Source: Owenia fusiformis
Lineage: Eukaryota
DNA length: 64,000 bases
Direction of reading: 5' to 3'
Assembly: GCA_903813345.2 (NCBI GenBank)
Contig: CAIIXF020000001.1
Span: forward strand, 17,918,001-17,982,000
Below are positions 1 through 13,480 of the stretch, in pieces. Every line of letters begins with the position of its first letter. Position 1 is the first letter of the stretch. Both the position numbers and the translations under genes were made by a program. The notes below the pieces were generated by a model, which searched no databases, had not been told where the DNA came from, and saw only the letters and a program-made list of their open reading frames with translations.

Positions 1-702
1 ATTATGGTCCTACTCTCCATTGATTTATATGGTGACCTAAATACAACTCTTTCCCTCATTATCGTATACGCAATCAGGGCCAGTAGGGGCCGTTAAGAAG
101 GGACCACAATCCCTTGGGGACCATCATTTCTTTCACATCGGTCCAGAGTATTGAAACAAGACTGATATTTGATATAAACAATGCTAATACAGAATCATTA
201 CAAAGACAAATACGATAGAGAGGTTTTTAAATTGGCAATGCTTTGCACCGATATCTGTCATGAAGATTTTATACTGATACATAGTATTTATCGCTGACAT
301 CTAGCTTTTTAATCTGTACATTTAGGTGGGAATAGGTTATCCACTTGGTTGTCATGGTTGTCAGCGAAAAGGCATCCACAATGGCTTTCTCCGATTTCAG
401 ATTTTTTCCAAAATGGTCAGGAATATTATGATTCTGTGAAAAGGAAAATTTAAAAATGTATTTTACTTAATTATAATTTGAAGAGTACATTTGGTTAGGA
501 AATTCATGGTTCAATCAAGAAAAACGCAATTATGTTTGATTTGAAATCTAATCCGGCTACATAACTTTTACATAAAGGTCCATTTTACCTGTACAATTTG
601 TTTTCAATGTAGGTCAATGTAGGCATATTCAGAATTCACAATATCAAATTCAACCACCGTTTGACTATAAGTCCTGGAAAATAAAGTCCAGGACGTATCT
701 AT

Positions 703-863
703 TGTCCGTCAGTAAATATAGTCCGGGGTTATATTGTATACAATACAGAAAATATGGTCCGGTTAAGATCACGCGCCCTTGGACACCAGATCCGGAGGAC
801 CTGGTGTCCTAGGGTGTATGGTCCGACGGACCATATATCCAAGGAGACCATATTTACTCTGAC
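703..863. mobile_element. Small degenerate TIR element with TGT...ACA-like ends; a related right end lies at ~100-137
   Basis: tgtccgtcagtaaatatagtcc (~703) is an imperfect reverse complement of ggagaccatatttactctgaca (~843-863). Internal GGTCC/GGACC motifs. Same end style (ggggaccatcatttctttcaca-tcgg) at the window start. Confidence 0.35.
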
Positions 864-1624
864 ATCGGTTTGAACAGATACCAGCTTAGGATGCCATCGA
901 TTTAGAAGATAATGTAATGAAAAGGTGTGGTTCAAAACATAACTACAATTTGGTCAAAGACATCATTATTTCTAATCACTTAATCACTTATCTATATATT
1001 ATAGAGATTTAATTCATTCCCCGATTTAGATACGCTAATAAGAGAATTTATGATGTGGTGGGTTCAAATGTGGTTTAAAACCGAATATCGGTAATATTTG
1101 CAAGGTATTCATATTTTTTATTAGATTTATTTATTGAACATGATCGTATTGTGAACAAACTGATTATATTTTATCTATCTTTTTGAAGCAGCAGAACGTC
1201 ATTGGGTGCGTTCATTATATGTTAAAATATCAAACATGTAACCAATATCCTGCTGACCAAGGGGTTTAGTGTCTTCCCCACTAATCATTTTCAACCGCCA
1301 AATAGATTTTTTGTTTCGTTATGACCGTCCCTCATCCACACGCGTGATCCACAGTCAATTCTAGATCACATGGCCCCATAATCTATATATCATAATAAAA
1401 CTGATTGTATTTTGGACTCAGTGACCAAATATTGTCATGATTGCTAAGTGGGAACATCATTTTCGAAGTTATGTTCGGTATTCACCATTACCTCAATTTG
1501 CTTGATTTAAATGGCTGCTATTTGTGTTGCATGCAGAGAGACAGGTATTTATATAATCTATTAATTTGTAGCTCTCTTGATGGTTCATTAATATTCAATA
1601 CACGTTTCTTTCAAATGTCATTAA

Positions 1625-2324
1625 AGGCTCCATGTAAGGTTTGAAAATATGTTTTTATCATTCATTTACTATTTTCTTGACAATTTGTGGGATAAAAAAG
1701 TTTTTATTTCTCAAATATTCAAATTTCCCGCCATTTTCACAAATAAAAGTTGGACTTTTTTAAAATCATATTATCTTTTAACACCATTGTGAAGATTGAA
1801 CAAAAGACATACTATTCCAATAATAAGATGTTATATATTATATGTGCCACTTAAATGCTTTAGCATATTAAACAAATTCTGCACCCTAAGTGACATCATC
1901 GTGATGTCATTCTTTGCAAACATGTTATGAAAAAGCTAGTTTCTTTTCTATGTCAATCTTTGATTCTAAATATGTAAAACTTTCAAAATAAACCAATTTT
2001 ACATGTAATTGTCCAACTAGATTAAAAAGAAGAATATACGTATTATAGTATTATGTTTTAAATATTACTGTCCCATAGTTTCCTTTGACAACAAAAATCT
2101 TAAAATGCATTTTTCTCTGAACCACTTCATGCTTAAAGTTTAATTTTCTTATTAATTTTCTCTCCAAAAGACACGTGACAATGAATACTACTATTTTTGG
2201 TAGAAATTAAAAGGTCCTTCAAAATCCACTTTTTGAAATTAAAAAAAGGTTTCACATATCACATTTTGATAACATTGGGTAAGACTACAATATTAACCAA
2301 ATGGTTTAAACTTAATATATACCT
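1625..2324 (+). mobile_element. Non-autonomous DNA transposon, Kolobok-like (TTAA site), copy 1, older/degenerate
   Basis: TTAA then aggctccatgtaaggtttgaaaatat...; colinear similarity over ~700 bp to 59135-59900 (e.g. shared tttttatcattcatttactatt and ttgataacattgggtaagactacaatat). Confidence 0.65.
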
Positions 2325-2530
2325 AAGCTTAAAGATATACCCTCATTATCTATCAAATGGAATAATAGGTAAATTTTATATATTACAGGACATAAGGCGG
2401 TCCATGGTCTATTCGAGTGCATGTCATAAATCAAATTGGTACATTTGTATAATAATTTGTAAAAGCTACTGAGGTGAATCCAAGTTGGTTTATTAAATCC
2501 AAAATTGAACAAAAGTGTTCACATTAGACT

Positions 2531-2925
2531 ACAGTAAAATTGTAAATGTTTGGAACTACTTTGAATTTGAAAAATAAGCAATCAAATGACTATATTGCAA
2601 CAGTATATGAAAAAATGGAAACATATGTACAAGTTCTAACTTTTGTATATTCCAGATAGTTATGTATAATGTGCAGCAAAGCTGTGACATTTTGTCATCT
2701 AGGGAGTTCCAGCCATGTTAATTTTTCCGAAAATAACATGGCAGAGAAGCTTCAAAATATAAGAGGCCACAGATATGATAGCTAAACTACAAAATGAACT
2801 AAAATATACAAAAGTTAGGACATGCATAAGTATTTCTATTTTTACATATTCTGTTTCATTATATGGTCCTTTGATTGCTTATTTTTTGAATTCAAAATAG
2901 TTACTAACATTTAAAATTTTACTGT
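2531..2925. mobile_element. Foldback/MITE with ~120-bp imperfect inverted arms
   Basis: acagtaaaattgtaaatgtt...tttgaatttgaaaaataagcaatcaaa...ctaacttttgtatatt pairs with aatatacaaaagttag...tttgattgcttattttttgaattcaaa...aacatttaaaattttactgt. Confidence 0.7.
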
Positions 2926-3639
2926 TCATGGTACGGTATATTACACATGTAGGTATGTCATTTTGGCTTGGTGATTGATGGGGGACGTGAAAGTCGATGT
3001 GTTTATAACAGGAATATGAGTGAGCTAGGCTTAGGTCTGGAATCATTCCAGATTATGAGCCTTGGGTCAGATATTTTGTGGGACTCCTAAACAAGCTATG
3101 TGAATGACAGTGTTCTTCAAGCCAGAGATATACATTAAGATCATTAGGCTCGGGAGAGATATGTATAGTATGAGAGATCAGTATCAAATAAGGTGTATGA
3201 AATTCAAATATTCTGAGAGTCCATTGCTCAAACGGACATCAGTTGATGTGGATACTCCAAAGACACAGTTTGTTGCTGGGTCTGCTCTCGAATTTACTTG
3301 CTGCCTGACTCTAGGCTAGATATCTGCAATTTACACCAATTTCCTGTTGTCAAAACGCGTTTACATTGGTACTATTGTAAAGCTAAGACTCTTATTTATG
3401 AAATTGGTTGAAGGTGGAAATATGAAGATCGTTATATATAATATAGATACAGGAAGTAGAATACCAGTAGAACCTTCCACAGAAACACATGTTTTCTCCA
3501 GAGCCACGAGGGTCTTCTTGCAGTCACTATTTGGATACAAATTGATGCATTCGGAGAACAGATAGGGGGGATTTTAGCATCCTTAATTCCCGTATGTTAT
3601 ATAGAATGATATCCCCTAGTGATGTGGTTTAATAAGCCA

Positions 3640-4535
3640 CGGTGGCTCGCCAGAGGAATTGGTTGTTCTCTAGAAAGGTAATAGTGGTTCCTAATAGGCC
3701 CTAAGAACACCCAAGGGTTCTCCAGGGGGCCCCGGTGGTTCCCTCGAAGGTACTAGTGGTTTCCTAATATGCCCTTAGAAAACCCTAAGAGTCCCAGAGG
3801 CCCCTAGAAGGTACCAAGGGTTTCCTAATAGGCCCTTAGAAAACTCGAAAACTCCAAGGGTTCCTCAGAGTACCTTGGTTGTTCTCTAGAAGGTACTAGC
3901 GATTTCCAAATAGGCCCTTAGAAAACTCCAAGGGTTCCCCAGAGGGCCCTGGTAGCTATCTAAAAGGTACTAAGGGTTTCTAAAAGGCCCTTAGAAAACT
4001 CTTAGGGTTATTCAGGGTGCCCTGGCGGTTCTCTAGAAGGCATCAGTAGTTTCCTAGCTAATATGCCCTTAGTACACCCCAAGTGTTCCCCAGAGGGTCC
4101 TAGTAGTTATCTGGATAGTACTAAGGGTTTCTGATAGGCCCTTAGAAAACTCTAGGGGTTCCTCGGAGTGCCCTGGCGGTTCTCTATAAGGCATCGGTGA
4201 TTACCTAATAGGCCCTTAGTACACTCTAAATGTTCCGCAAAGGGTCCTGGTAGTTATCTAGGATAGTACTAAGGGTTTCCCAAGAGACCCTTAGAAAACT
4301 CTTAGGGTTCCTCAGAGGGCCCTGGTAGGTATCTAGAAGGTACTAAGGGTTTCCCAATAGGCCATCAGAAAACTCTAAGGGTTCCTTAGAGGGCTCTGGT
4401 GGTTCTGTAGAAGGTTCCGGTGGTTTTATAATAAGTGTTCCCCAGAGGGTCCTGGTAGTTATCTAGAAGGTACTAGAGGCCCTCAGAACAGCCTAATTGC
4501 CTAATTATTTCCCTGAGGGCCCTGGTGGTTATCTA
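3640..4535. repeat. GC-richer minisatellite, ~73-75-bp unit, about 11-12 diverged copies
   Basis: Recurrent aaggtactaagggtttcctaataggcccttagaaaactc...cagagggccctggtagttatctag at roughly 3675, 3747, 3808, 3889, 3964, 4037, 4114, 4187, 4262, 4337, 4411. Confidence 0.9.
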
Positions 4536-4940
4536 TCAGCCCATTGGTCCCCGAGGACATTGTGCTGGTTCAGGATGACTTCTTAATAAAATCGAGTGCA
4601 AGTATTTGAAGTTCTCCTCTGTTTTTACATCACATTTCAATAACCTTGATTCTACTTTTATTAGTATTTCTAGTATAAACGACAGGGGCATGATATTTAA
4701 ACAATGTTTCTAACATGTATTTAATTGTTGTAATCTGTGAATAATCTAGACACAATGCTGTTTTAAAACAGTACGCCCTCCCTTATGAATCAATTATTTT
4801 TTCCCGAATTGTATTATTTCACGTCTCAAATCATATTTTAAAACTTGGCATGTACTGTTTAACGAAGTTGGTTGGAATTATAAATCCATTTTCTATCTCC
4901 CATTTTGACATTTTTTATACAAGTCAAGATACAATATTAC

Positions 4941-5796
4941 CACTCCCCTCCATAAGTTTGGCAACCTTTTTCCCCATTGAACTATGTGTTAAAGCCTCTC
5001 TACGTTTGGATTTTTATTTACTTAACAGGCAATGAAATAACTTATAATATTGATGGAAACGTAACTTGACTTTATTTCCAATACCTCCAAATTTTCACAA
5101 TTTTTTCCCTCAATTACAATAGGTCGAAAATTGATGATTTTGATGAATTTTTGAAAATCGTCATTCCCATGTAATCCAATGGGAAATGGAGGGTTCGGGG
5201 CAAATCAGAAATCAGGATATCTTTCAGTAAAAGATTCAGCAAAAAATATTTTTATATAGAAAATTGAACTTTTATGAACACTAAGTGTTTAGTTTATTTG
5301 ATGAATATTAAAGTTACAGCGCTTCAAAGTCATTTTTGAAAATAATTTTTCGCCTCCTGTGTTATTTCAATGGGAGAGGTTTTTTGAAAAACAATTTTGA
5401 CTTTAAAGCCTTATAACTTTGTTGAACCTGAAGAAACATATCATTTTTTTGTTAAATAAAGTTAGCAAATTCAATTGCCTGCCTAACTCGTATTTTTTGC
5501 AAAGAATCGGATGGATGGATATTCTGTCATATGACTTGCGGCAAACCTACCATTTCACATTGGTAAACATGGGAATGTCGATTTTCAAAAATTCATCAAA
5601 TTTATCATCAATTTTCGACCTATTGTAATTGAGGAAAAAAATTGAGAAAATTTGGAGGAATTGGAATTAAAGTCAAATTACGTTTCCATCAATAGTATTT
5701 TCATCGCTGGTTAAGTAAATAAAAATTCAAAGGTAAAGAGGCTTTAACACGTAGCTCAGTGGGGGAAAAAGGTTGCCAAACTTATGGAGGGGAGTG
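4941..5796. mobile_element. Non-autonomous DNA transposon with ~230-bp TIRs, Tc1/mariner-like (TA at right flank)
   Basis: cactcccctccataagtttggcaaccttttt at 4941 and aaaaaggttgccaaacttatggaggggagtg ending 5796, followed by TA. Arms pair through ~5172 / ~5567. Confidence 0.85.
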
Positions 5797-8700
5797 TATG
5801 TGATACCTAATAATTTCAGATCACAATTTTGTTTTCTTCTCATAATATATTTTCAAAACATATTGACCTCCTTAGAAATATGTTGGGTAGGGGTGCAAAT
5901 GAAACATTTCTCCTAAAATTTGTAATTCTAGGTATTGGAAATAAATAGCATAAACACAATTTATCTAAATTAGGGTTTTGAAATTTTGCTGAATACCTTA
6001 GAAGGGTACTCCATAGAGGACGCCACTCATAGAATAACACATTTTGCCCACCTATGCAAAACGCATATTAGTACTGATTTTGAAAGTAAATAACCTATAG
6101 ATTAAGAAAATGCAAAGACAGTATTTGCATACTTCGACGCAGAACTATTTCGAATTTGTCATGAATCTGACTCTATTGCATCTGTCTGTTGTCTTCAAAG
6201 GAGACATGCGCGTGAACCTGGAGAGTTTGGTATAAATTCAAACACTGACTGCTGGGAGTTAAATGTCCAATGCAATTTATTTCTTATGACATTGTTGTTT
6301 AATTAGACTTTTCTTATTTTAGAGGATGATGTTTTTGTTAAACATTTGAATTTCACATATTTGAATTGTTGATTAAAAGTAATACTGTATATCATTCAAT
6401 TTAATATTACAATGGAGTAACGCTGTGGTGGCAGGAAGGAACAATGTTTCCGCTTGAATCTGTTCTCAATAACTCAACAAACGAGCAATTGTTGTTTTAT
6501 TATATATTTTTTATTATTAACTACAAGTATTTTTTGCATCCTAAAAATGCTATATCATTGGACTGAAGATTTAAACTTCTGAATTTTTAAAACCATTTCT
6601 TACATTTTTCGGCCAGGTTTTTCAAATATATTTTAACTGATATAATAATGTAATATCCACTCCAATTTCTAAAAGTCACTAAATTCCCCATATCGTGTCT
6701 TGATTACATTTGGTAATAATGGTTTAATGAGTATTTCATTAACATGCATACATTTTTAATTACTTTCAAAAGCCAATGTCAACTGTCGTGGATCGTTAAG
6801 AAGTTTTTACAAAATATTGTTTCATTTGCTATAGGTCTGTCAGATTCTTGGGACACTTATTCTGTATATTAATGAATTATTGAAAGCTAGTAACTAATTT
6901 ATTCTAAATGCAATAAACCATGCAATTCCCGAGTCATTCTCAATTGATTTATTTGTTTTGATATATTATGTTTTCAATAATTATTTAATAATAGTGGATT
7001 GGGACATGGTTCAATGGGCGGTTTGAAATTGCCAATTATGAATTTATGAATACAGCTTGAACAGTTCTTTAATGATGAAAAAGACAAATATCGAACAAAC
7101 CCAGTTTCAATTAGAAAAAAAGTATATACTTACCTGTTATGTGGATGTAATGTTCGATTGTCTTGAACTATGATTCGACGTGTCTTGCTCTAGTGACAGT
7201 TTTCAGAATGTTTGAGGTAATCAATTTTTCTCTCTGGCTACCTACGTTCATCCCTGGTCTACACATGTGTATTTGTGGTTTGATAATATTGCCAATTGTG
7301 CATTGTGAGTAAAACGTGTTTGTTTACAATCAACCAGGATTATGAGTATTACGCCAAATGGATAAAACAATTGTTTATCACAACATGGGCCTTTATCAAG
7401 ATGCAGGTCAAAACTCAATACAAAAATAACAAATATTCAAATGAGAATAACTCGCATAATAAAACATAAGCATTACTTAATTGTTTTTTCTGTTTCATGT
7501 AATTTTAAAATCGCAAATGATATTAAAATATAAATTATTTATAATAAAATGTAACTTCAATATTAATCCGATACGCTCTGACTGTAATTATCAAAGTATA
7601 AAGTTACCTTCGTTGAAAGTGAAAATATCCGCCATTTAACATTTGAAATTGAAATATGTGAAAAAATATATCAAATTCAAATTGGAAATGAACTAAGATA
7701 AGCAACCTTTAACATTTTCAGGAAATAAGGTTGTTACCAAAGCCTATTGATGGTTACAGCTACAGATCACGATGAATTATAAAGAATATTTTGGTTGATC
7801 GAGGATCAAAACTATAGCCACTGTTCTTTTTAATTCAAAATTGAAATTGAAATTCTTCGTTAAAATATTTGCACAAAGTTTCAAGAATAAGAAACAAAAC
7901 TGTGTTAATTGTCATTGATTGATTGAGAGTGGATGAAAATCATTTGGCTAATCTGAATGATAAAACATATCTATATAATTGATTATTCAAAATTATGTAC
8001 AGTTCAAAATTTTGATCCCGATGACTGATGACAAGACAGAGATCTGTAACGAAACTCCTAATAAAGAAAAAACACTCTGCGATAATAAGTTTTAAATTAA
8101 GGACAATACCCAGTGACATTCCAAGAATGTATTTTAATGGTAAATTAATATTTAAAATCTACCTTCCCATTGGTCATTAAATAATGAATTTAAAAGTGTA
8201 TTGCATGATCAATATTGGAGAAAATGGATGACAACTTGTAAACAATTATTAATGGTTATCCTTTTTATATAAACCGCAACAAAGAAGAACTTAAACTGGC
8301 TACTATGGTGCATTTACACAATTATGACAAAATAATGAAAAACAAATGTTCGTTACAGTTTAATGGTCTTCGTAGTCGAAAATGCAATATGAAAATTCCA
8401 TATTAAAAATACTATATCATGACTGGTGCTCTTTCCGGCTTAATTTTCTTTAATAAGAAAATATAAGATGAAATCCAAATGCTTTTGGTATATTTTAAGA
8501 CACAACTGGGAGTAACAAAACATGTAAATCGATATTAGCTGATTCCAAAATATCTCATGCCATCGTCTTGTAAATCAAAATTAAAATAGAGAGTTAAGGT
8601 AGTGTGAAAATAGGTGAAGTTTGGAATGCCAGATTTTGATTCAACCTATGCCAAGCAATAAATATTTACTGCTACATTTAGATAACAAAAATAATCGATA

Positions 8701-11700
8701 ATATACAACTAGTGCTATCATTTGAAACAACCTATGCATTTATATGACTTATTTTATATGTGTGAAATTCAAAAACGTGGGAAAAAAAGTAAAGTGAAGT
8801 GGCCAAGCAATTTTCGAATTTCATTTGAGGTTTTCGCTTTTCACTAAATTTAAATTAACGAAAGCACAGACATACATACATTAACTTAAATATTTGAACT
8901 TGAATATCCACACCATGGAATATTCATATGCTGGTGAATATCTAACTACTATTTATTTCTCGTTACATAACAATTTGTTTTAATGTAGCACGTTCGCTAA
9001 ATCCACAATCCGACATGAATTATTTTTAGGTGCATCCGTATCTAAAACGTGTAGGTCAGCATGAGACGCTACCAGACGGTTTCTAGGCGTATGTTGAGAT
9101 AAGATTAATATTCTACTGAAATAATAATCATGTCCATTTTACTCGAATGATTAAAAAACTTATAATATCGTTGACATTATACTTGTAAATCATCCTAATA
9201 GGTTCATCCGGGCACCTCCATCACCGATGCTCTATGCTTGAGACGAACAGACAAACGCTTTGAGTGGGCGTAGCTAGAAGCCTATACACCCGGGAGAAGG
9301 TAATGATAATTTAACTCTTTTTATGTATGAAATTGTTATATTAATTCTAATATAAGTGAAGTACATAGTTATGTGGTAGATTTCCATAGAAAAGTTACAT
9401 AAAATGCGTTTTGAAATTAGTGTTTCTTTATTGCGATATATATGGTCAAGTTTTTCTATATATTCATCCGCCATTTTGCTAAACGCGGCCATTTTTGTTC
9501 ACCACTCTTATTAGACCGTCGTTCTATACGATAAAAATCGTATATTTATCATTTATTTGTACATTTTTCTATTTGTTCGGAAGGAAATGATTGGATGTTT
9601 ATGAATTAATGTTATATATGGACATTGGAAACCTTATGTTCAAGTCACGGGGAGATGCAATTTAATGTCATAGCGAAGTATAAAATAGTCCCGTTCGAAC
9701 AAAGTGATATTAAGCAAACGTATTGTTTTAACGTTGCTCTTAGTGTTTCCGTATTAAACATTAATTCAAAATAATAAATATATCTCTGTTATTTCTCACA
9801 TATCTTCGCCTTGCTTGAACATCAAATAACAAATACTCCAGTTGGCCCATTCCTCTGCTTCTTTACCCCCTACTAAAGGTTATGGCGATTTTCTAGCCCA
9901 TGTATCTAAATAAATATTCACTTTTTCTTTATTTTGTGACGTGTATTTGATGGCACAACTGGTAGATAACACCTGTCATTTTGGCTGGTTGATAGCTGGG
10001 TTGCTGTCATCTTCTTCTCTTGTATTACATGCCAAAGTCTTTCGGTGCACCTCTAATGATCTAACATAGACTTCTTACTTTATCCTAATTGTGTTTTAGG
10101 AAGGTAAATATTTTTAATTCATTAACCTAATGTGACATTCCGAAATCTTCAGCATTTCTAGATTGTAACGAGAGACAAGTAATCCCACATGCGAATTAGT
10201 TGAATTGGTTTAAAATGTCTAATGTCCCCTTTTGGAATTGATCTGTAATTTGGTTGGTCGAAAGGTTAGTCTTAGTCAGCTAATTGAGAACAAGTTCATC
10301 ATGTTTTACTTTCTTTTGCATAATATAAATCTAACAGGGTTCCGATGCTGCTCAATCAGTTAATGAACCAACTTAGGATGTATTTATAATGCCACTTTTG
10401 TAATTTATTTCTTCAACTTGCATATGCTAATGCACATTTTCTTTTGTCACCCACATGTAGACCGATTGTTCTTTGTCGACTTTTGGACGACATCTTGAAG
10501 CGAACGAGGTCTCAATACAAACCAACAACGTCATACCTGTGGCGTAAAAACCTCTAGAAAGCCAAGGGACTTTATTAGAGGTAAGTCCTTTTTATTTTAA
10601 CTTATAAAGCTTTAGTATGCCAAACAAATTTCTTCAAAGATATGAGATTTAAATGTGTCTATAGTTAGTTTATTAGGATTTAATAGCACAATTGCTATTA
10701 AAATATGAAGAACATACCCCGCAATAAACGTGGTAAGTAAACGGTGATGGGGTCATCACTATACTTACATTACAGTAAAATATTCCATGTATTGATGGTA
10801 GATGATTTAAAAAACACGATCTGCGAGTTACACACGTATTTTTACACTTTGATTAAGTAAACTTCTGTTCGGCCATTTTCTATATCCTCTAGCATATGAC
10901 ATTGACTTTAAATTACTTTACAACTTTTAAATACTACATATAGTACAGATGTAGACACTGTATGTAGATTTATTGTGCGTCTGGACATCAGACAAACTAC
11001 ATTTTTATTTTTTATTCATAGCATACATTACAATGGTAAATATGGCACTGGGTCTTGCTGACCGTGAAAATCTTTAAGTAACTTTTTGTAACACTAATTC
11101 AAGTACATATATTCTCATCGAATACTCTCATTTAATTATCAATGGGAATACATTTCACTTACCTTCCCTCCATAAGTGGCAATCAACCTTTTAAACTTGT
11201 TATAAGGCGAGAAATATTGAGTATATTGTATAACAATCGATGTCTCAAGAAACAATGATTAATGTGTGGGGAAGGGGTAAAAAACACACAGGTCACACAC
11301 AGCATCGAGAAATACAGTCTAGGTTGCCATATGTTGCATGGTGATGTCTGCTGGTATATTCACTTCCTCAGCTGCCTTTGCCTCTCAGGCTCTATTCCCA
11401 GCTCTTCATATTACTTCTTTACAAGGTGAACACAATCTTAACAAACCATAGGGTATATCTGTTACTTTTACTTCATAACAATTGGGAACCCAGTTTTCCA
11501 ATCACAGTGAAATATTGTTAAAAATAGGCAGTGATTGCTAATGTGTGTACTGATTTTATACTAATACGAAATACGAGTACTATAGTAGTATGTAACACAT
11601 GTCAAAAATTGGTTATTTCATAAAAATCAGATAACTTTCTTTACCATGATAATTACAAACTTTTTACATAAGAAGTGTACAAAATGATTGCTGTAAATTA

Positions 11701-11839
11701 TCAGGTTCAGAAAATTATTCCAGGAAATTTAAACTAGTCTAAAATACGCTCTTTATAGAATATTCCCAAATATTCAGTGGATTCTGACGGAAGTTAATTC
11801 CTTGGAAATGAAAATATTGTTCATTATGCCTTAGTCAAA

Positions 11840-11988
11840 TTTGATCTACGGCAACCGTACGACAACTGAAGCTTCCCTGCAAATTTGAGAGAAATAGTAG
11901 CATAAAAATATAGGGATAAGCAGTGCGATGTAGATGTTCTATCGATTTTGTTAAGCTACGGCTACCGTACGGCAACCGTAGAGCAAAT
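11840..11988. repeat. Short imperfect inverted repeat (probable MITE remnant)
   Basis: atttgatctacggcaaccgtacgacaactgaagctt versus aagctacggctaccgtacggcaaccgtagagcaaat. Confidence 0.45.
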
Positions 11989-12789
11989 GTGTGGGGGAGG
12001 GGCTCATTTCCTCATTTTCCTCATTTTCATTTTTTAGGCCCCTAAATTAAAAAAATGGACCCACATTTGAATTTAAGGCCCATTTTTGATAATTTCGACT
12101 AAAAAGGCCAACTAATTGAGGCTCTACATTTTTTTGCCAGAAAACCCAATATATTTTGTTACTCAACCACCATATGCACATTTTGCACTTTCTGAGACAA
12201 TCATGTGTCATGTGCAACATCTTTTTGATGCAGATAAGTTGGTGCACATATATATTTTGGATATGTTATTTGGCATGGAGAGAAGATAATCAGCCATATT
12301 ATTTAACTCCGTATTTTCCACTTTCTTTTTCTGCATCAAAAAATTTCTCATAATCAATATAAATAACCACAAATATATACGTATCTATATCAGTAGGTAA
12401 ATACCAATCCTATAGGATATAGAATAGGATTTTCAAGTCATTGACGTTCCCTATCAAACTGCCTCTGATCCTTTAACTCCATGGCTTGAAAGTAAAATAT
12501 ACAAATCATACGTCACTACTTTTTATATTAATTCCCCACATTTTTTACTTTCAAAAACGTATATGATAAATGGATGATTACTAAGAAATATTCCCAACAC
12601 GATATGTTTTGTTAGATATGATAAATATTTGCTAGGATTTGTCCATCAAAAGCAAATTGCAATTGCAGTTTTCTGTTGGTCAAAACACATTAACATACCA
12701 GATTGTAAAATACGGACATTGGTGATATTTGTCAATTATTCAGTATATGAAATGATAAAAGACATGCAACATAAAATAAAGGGAATCGA

Positions 12790-13480
12790 TTTGGACAATG
12801 AACAATTTGACAATGAGATCAGTTAGTGTAAGCAAGGCATGATACGGGGATTCAATTTGGAAAGCAACATATGAGAGTTACGGGAGATCAACAAGGACAA
12901 ACGATGAGTGACACGGTGAATCATTTGGACAAGCAATAAATCTGTTGGGGAACAGGATGGACAAGTTATGAATCTGTTGGGGATCAAGTCGGACAAGCTA
13001 TGTATGTTACAGGAGATCAGCAAGGACAAACGATGTATGACACATTCAATTTGGACAAGCAATGAATATGTTTGGGATCAGGTTGGACAAGCTATGTATG
13101 TTACAGGAGATCAGCAAGGACAAACGATGTATGACACATTCAATTTGGAGAAGCAATGAATATGTTTGGGATCAGGTTGTACAAGCATTGCATATCACAG
13201 GAGATCAGCAAGAACAAGCAATGCCTGATACGGTGATTCATTTGGACAAGCAATGAATATGTTTGGGATCAGGTTGTACAAGCATTGCATATCACAGGAG
13301 ATCAGCAAGAACAAGCAATGCCTGATACGGTGATTCATTTGGACAAGCAATGAATATGGTCGGGATCAGGTTTGACAAGTAATGAATGTTACATGAGAGA
13401 AGCAAGGACAATCGATGCGTGATACGGGATAATTTGGACAAGCGAATGTGTTGAAAGAACAGCTTAGTCAACCAACGAAT
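12790..13480. repeat. Tandem repeat of 94-97-bp units, each made of three ~31-32-bp subunits
   Basis: ttggacaagcaatgaatatgtttgggatcagg unit starts near 13051, 13145, 13242, 13339. A GGACAAGC..ATG core recurs about every 31 bp. Confidence 0.9.

Noticed and set aside
12790-13480. CRISPR-like array (also considered for 3640-4535 and 34400-34930)
   Set aside because: Units repeat over their whole length with no unique spacers, there are no cas genes, and the context is eukaryotic.
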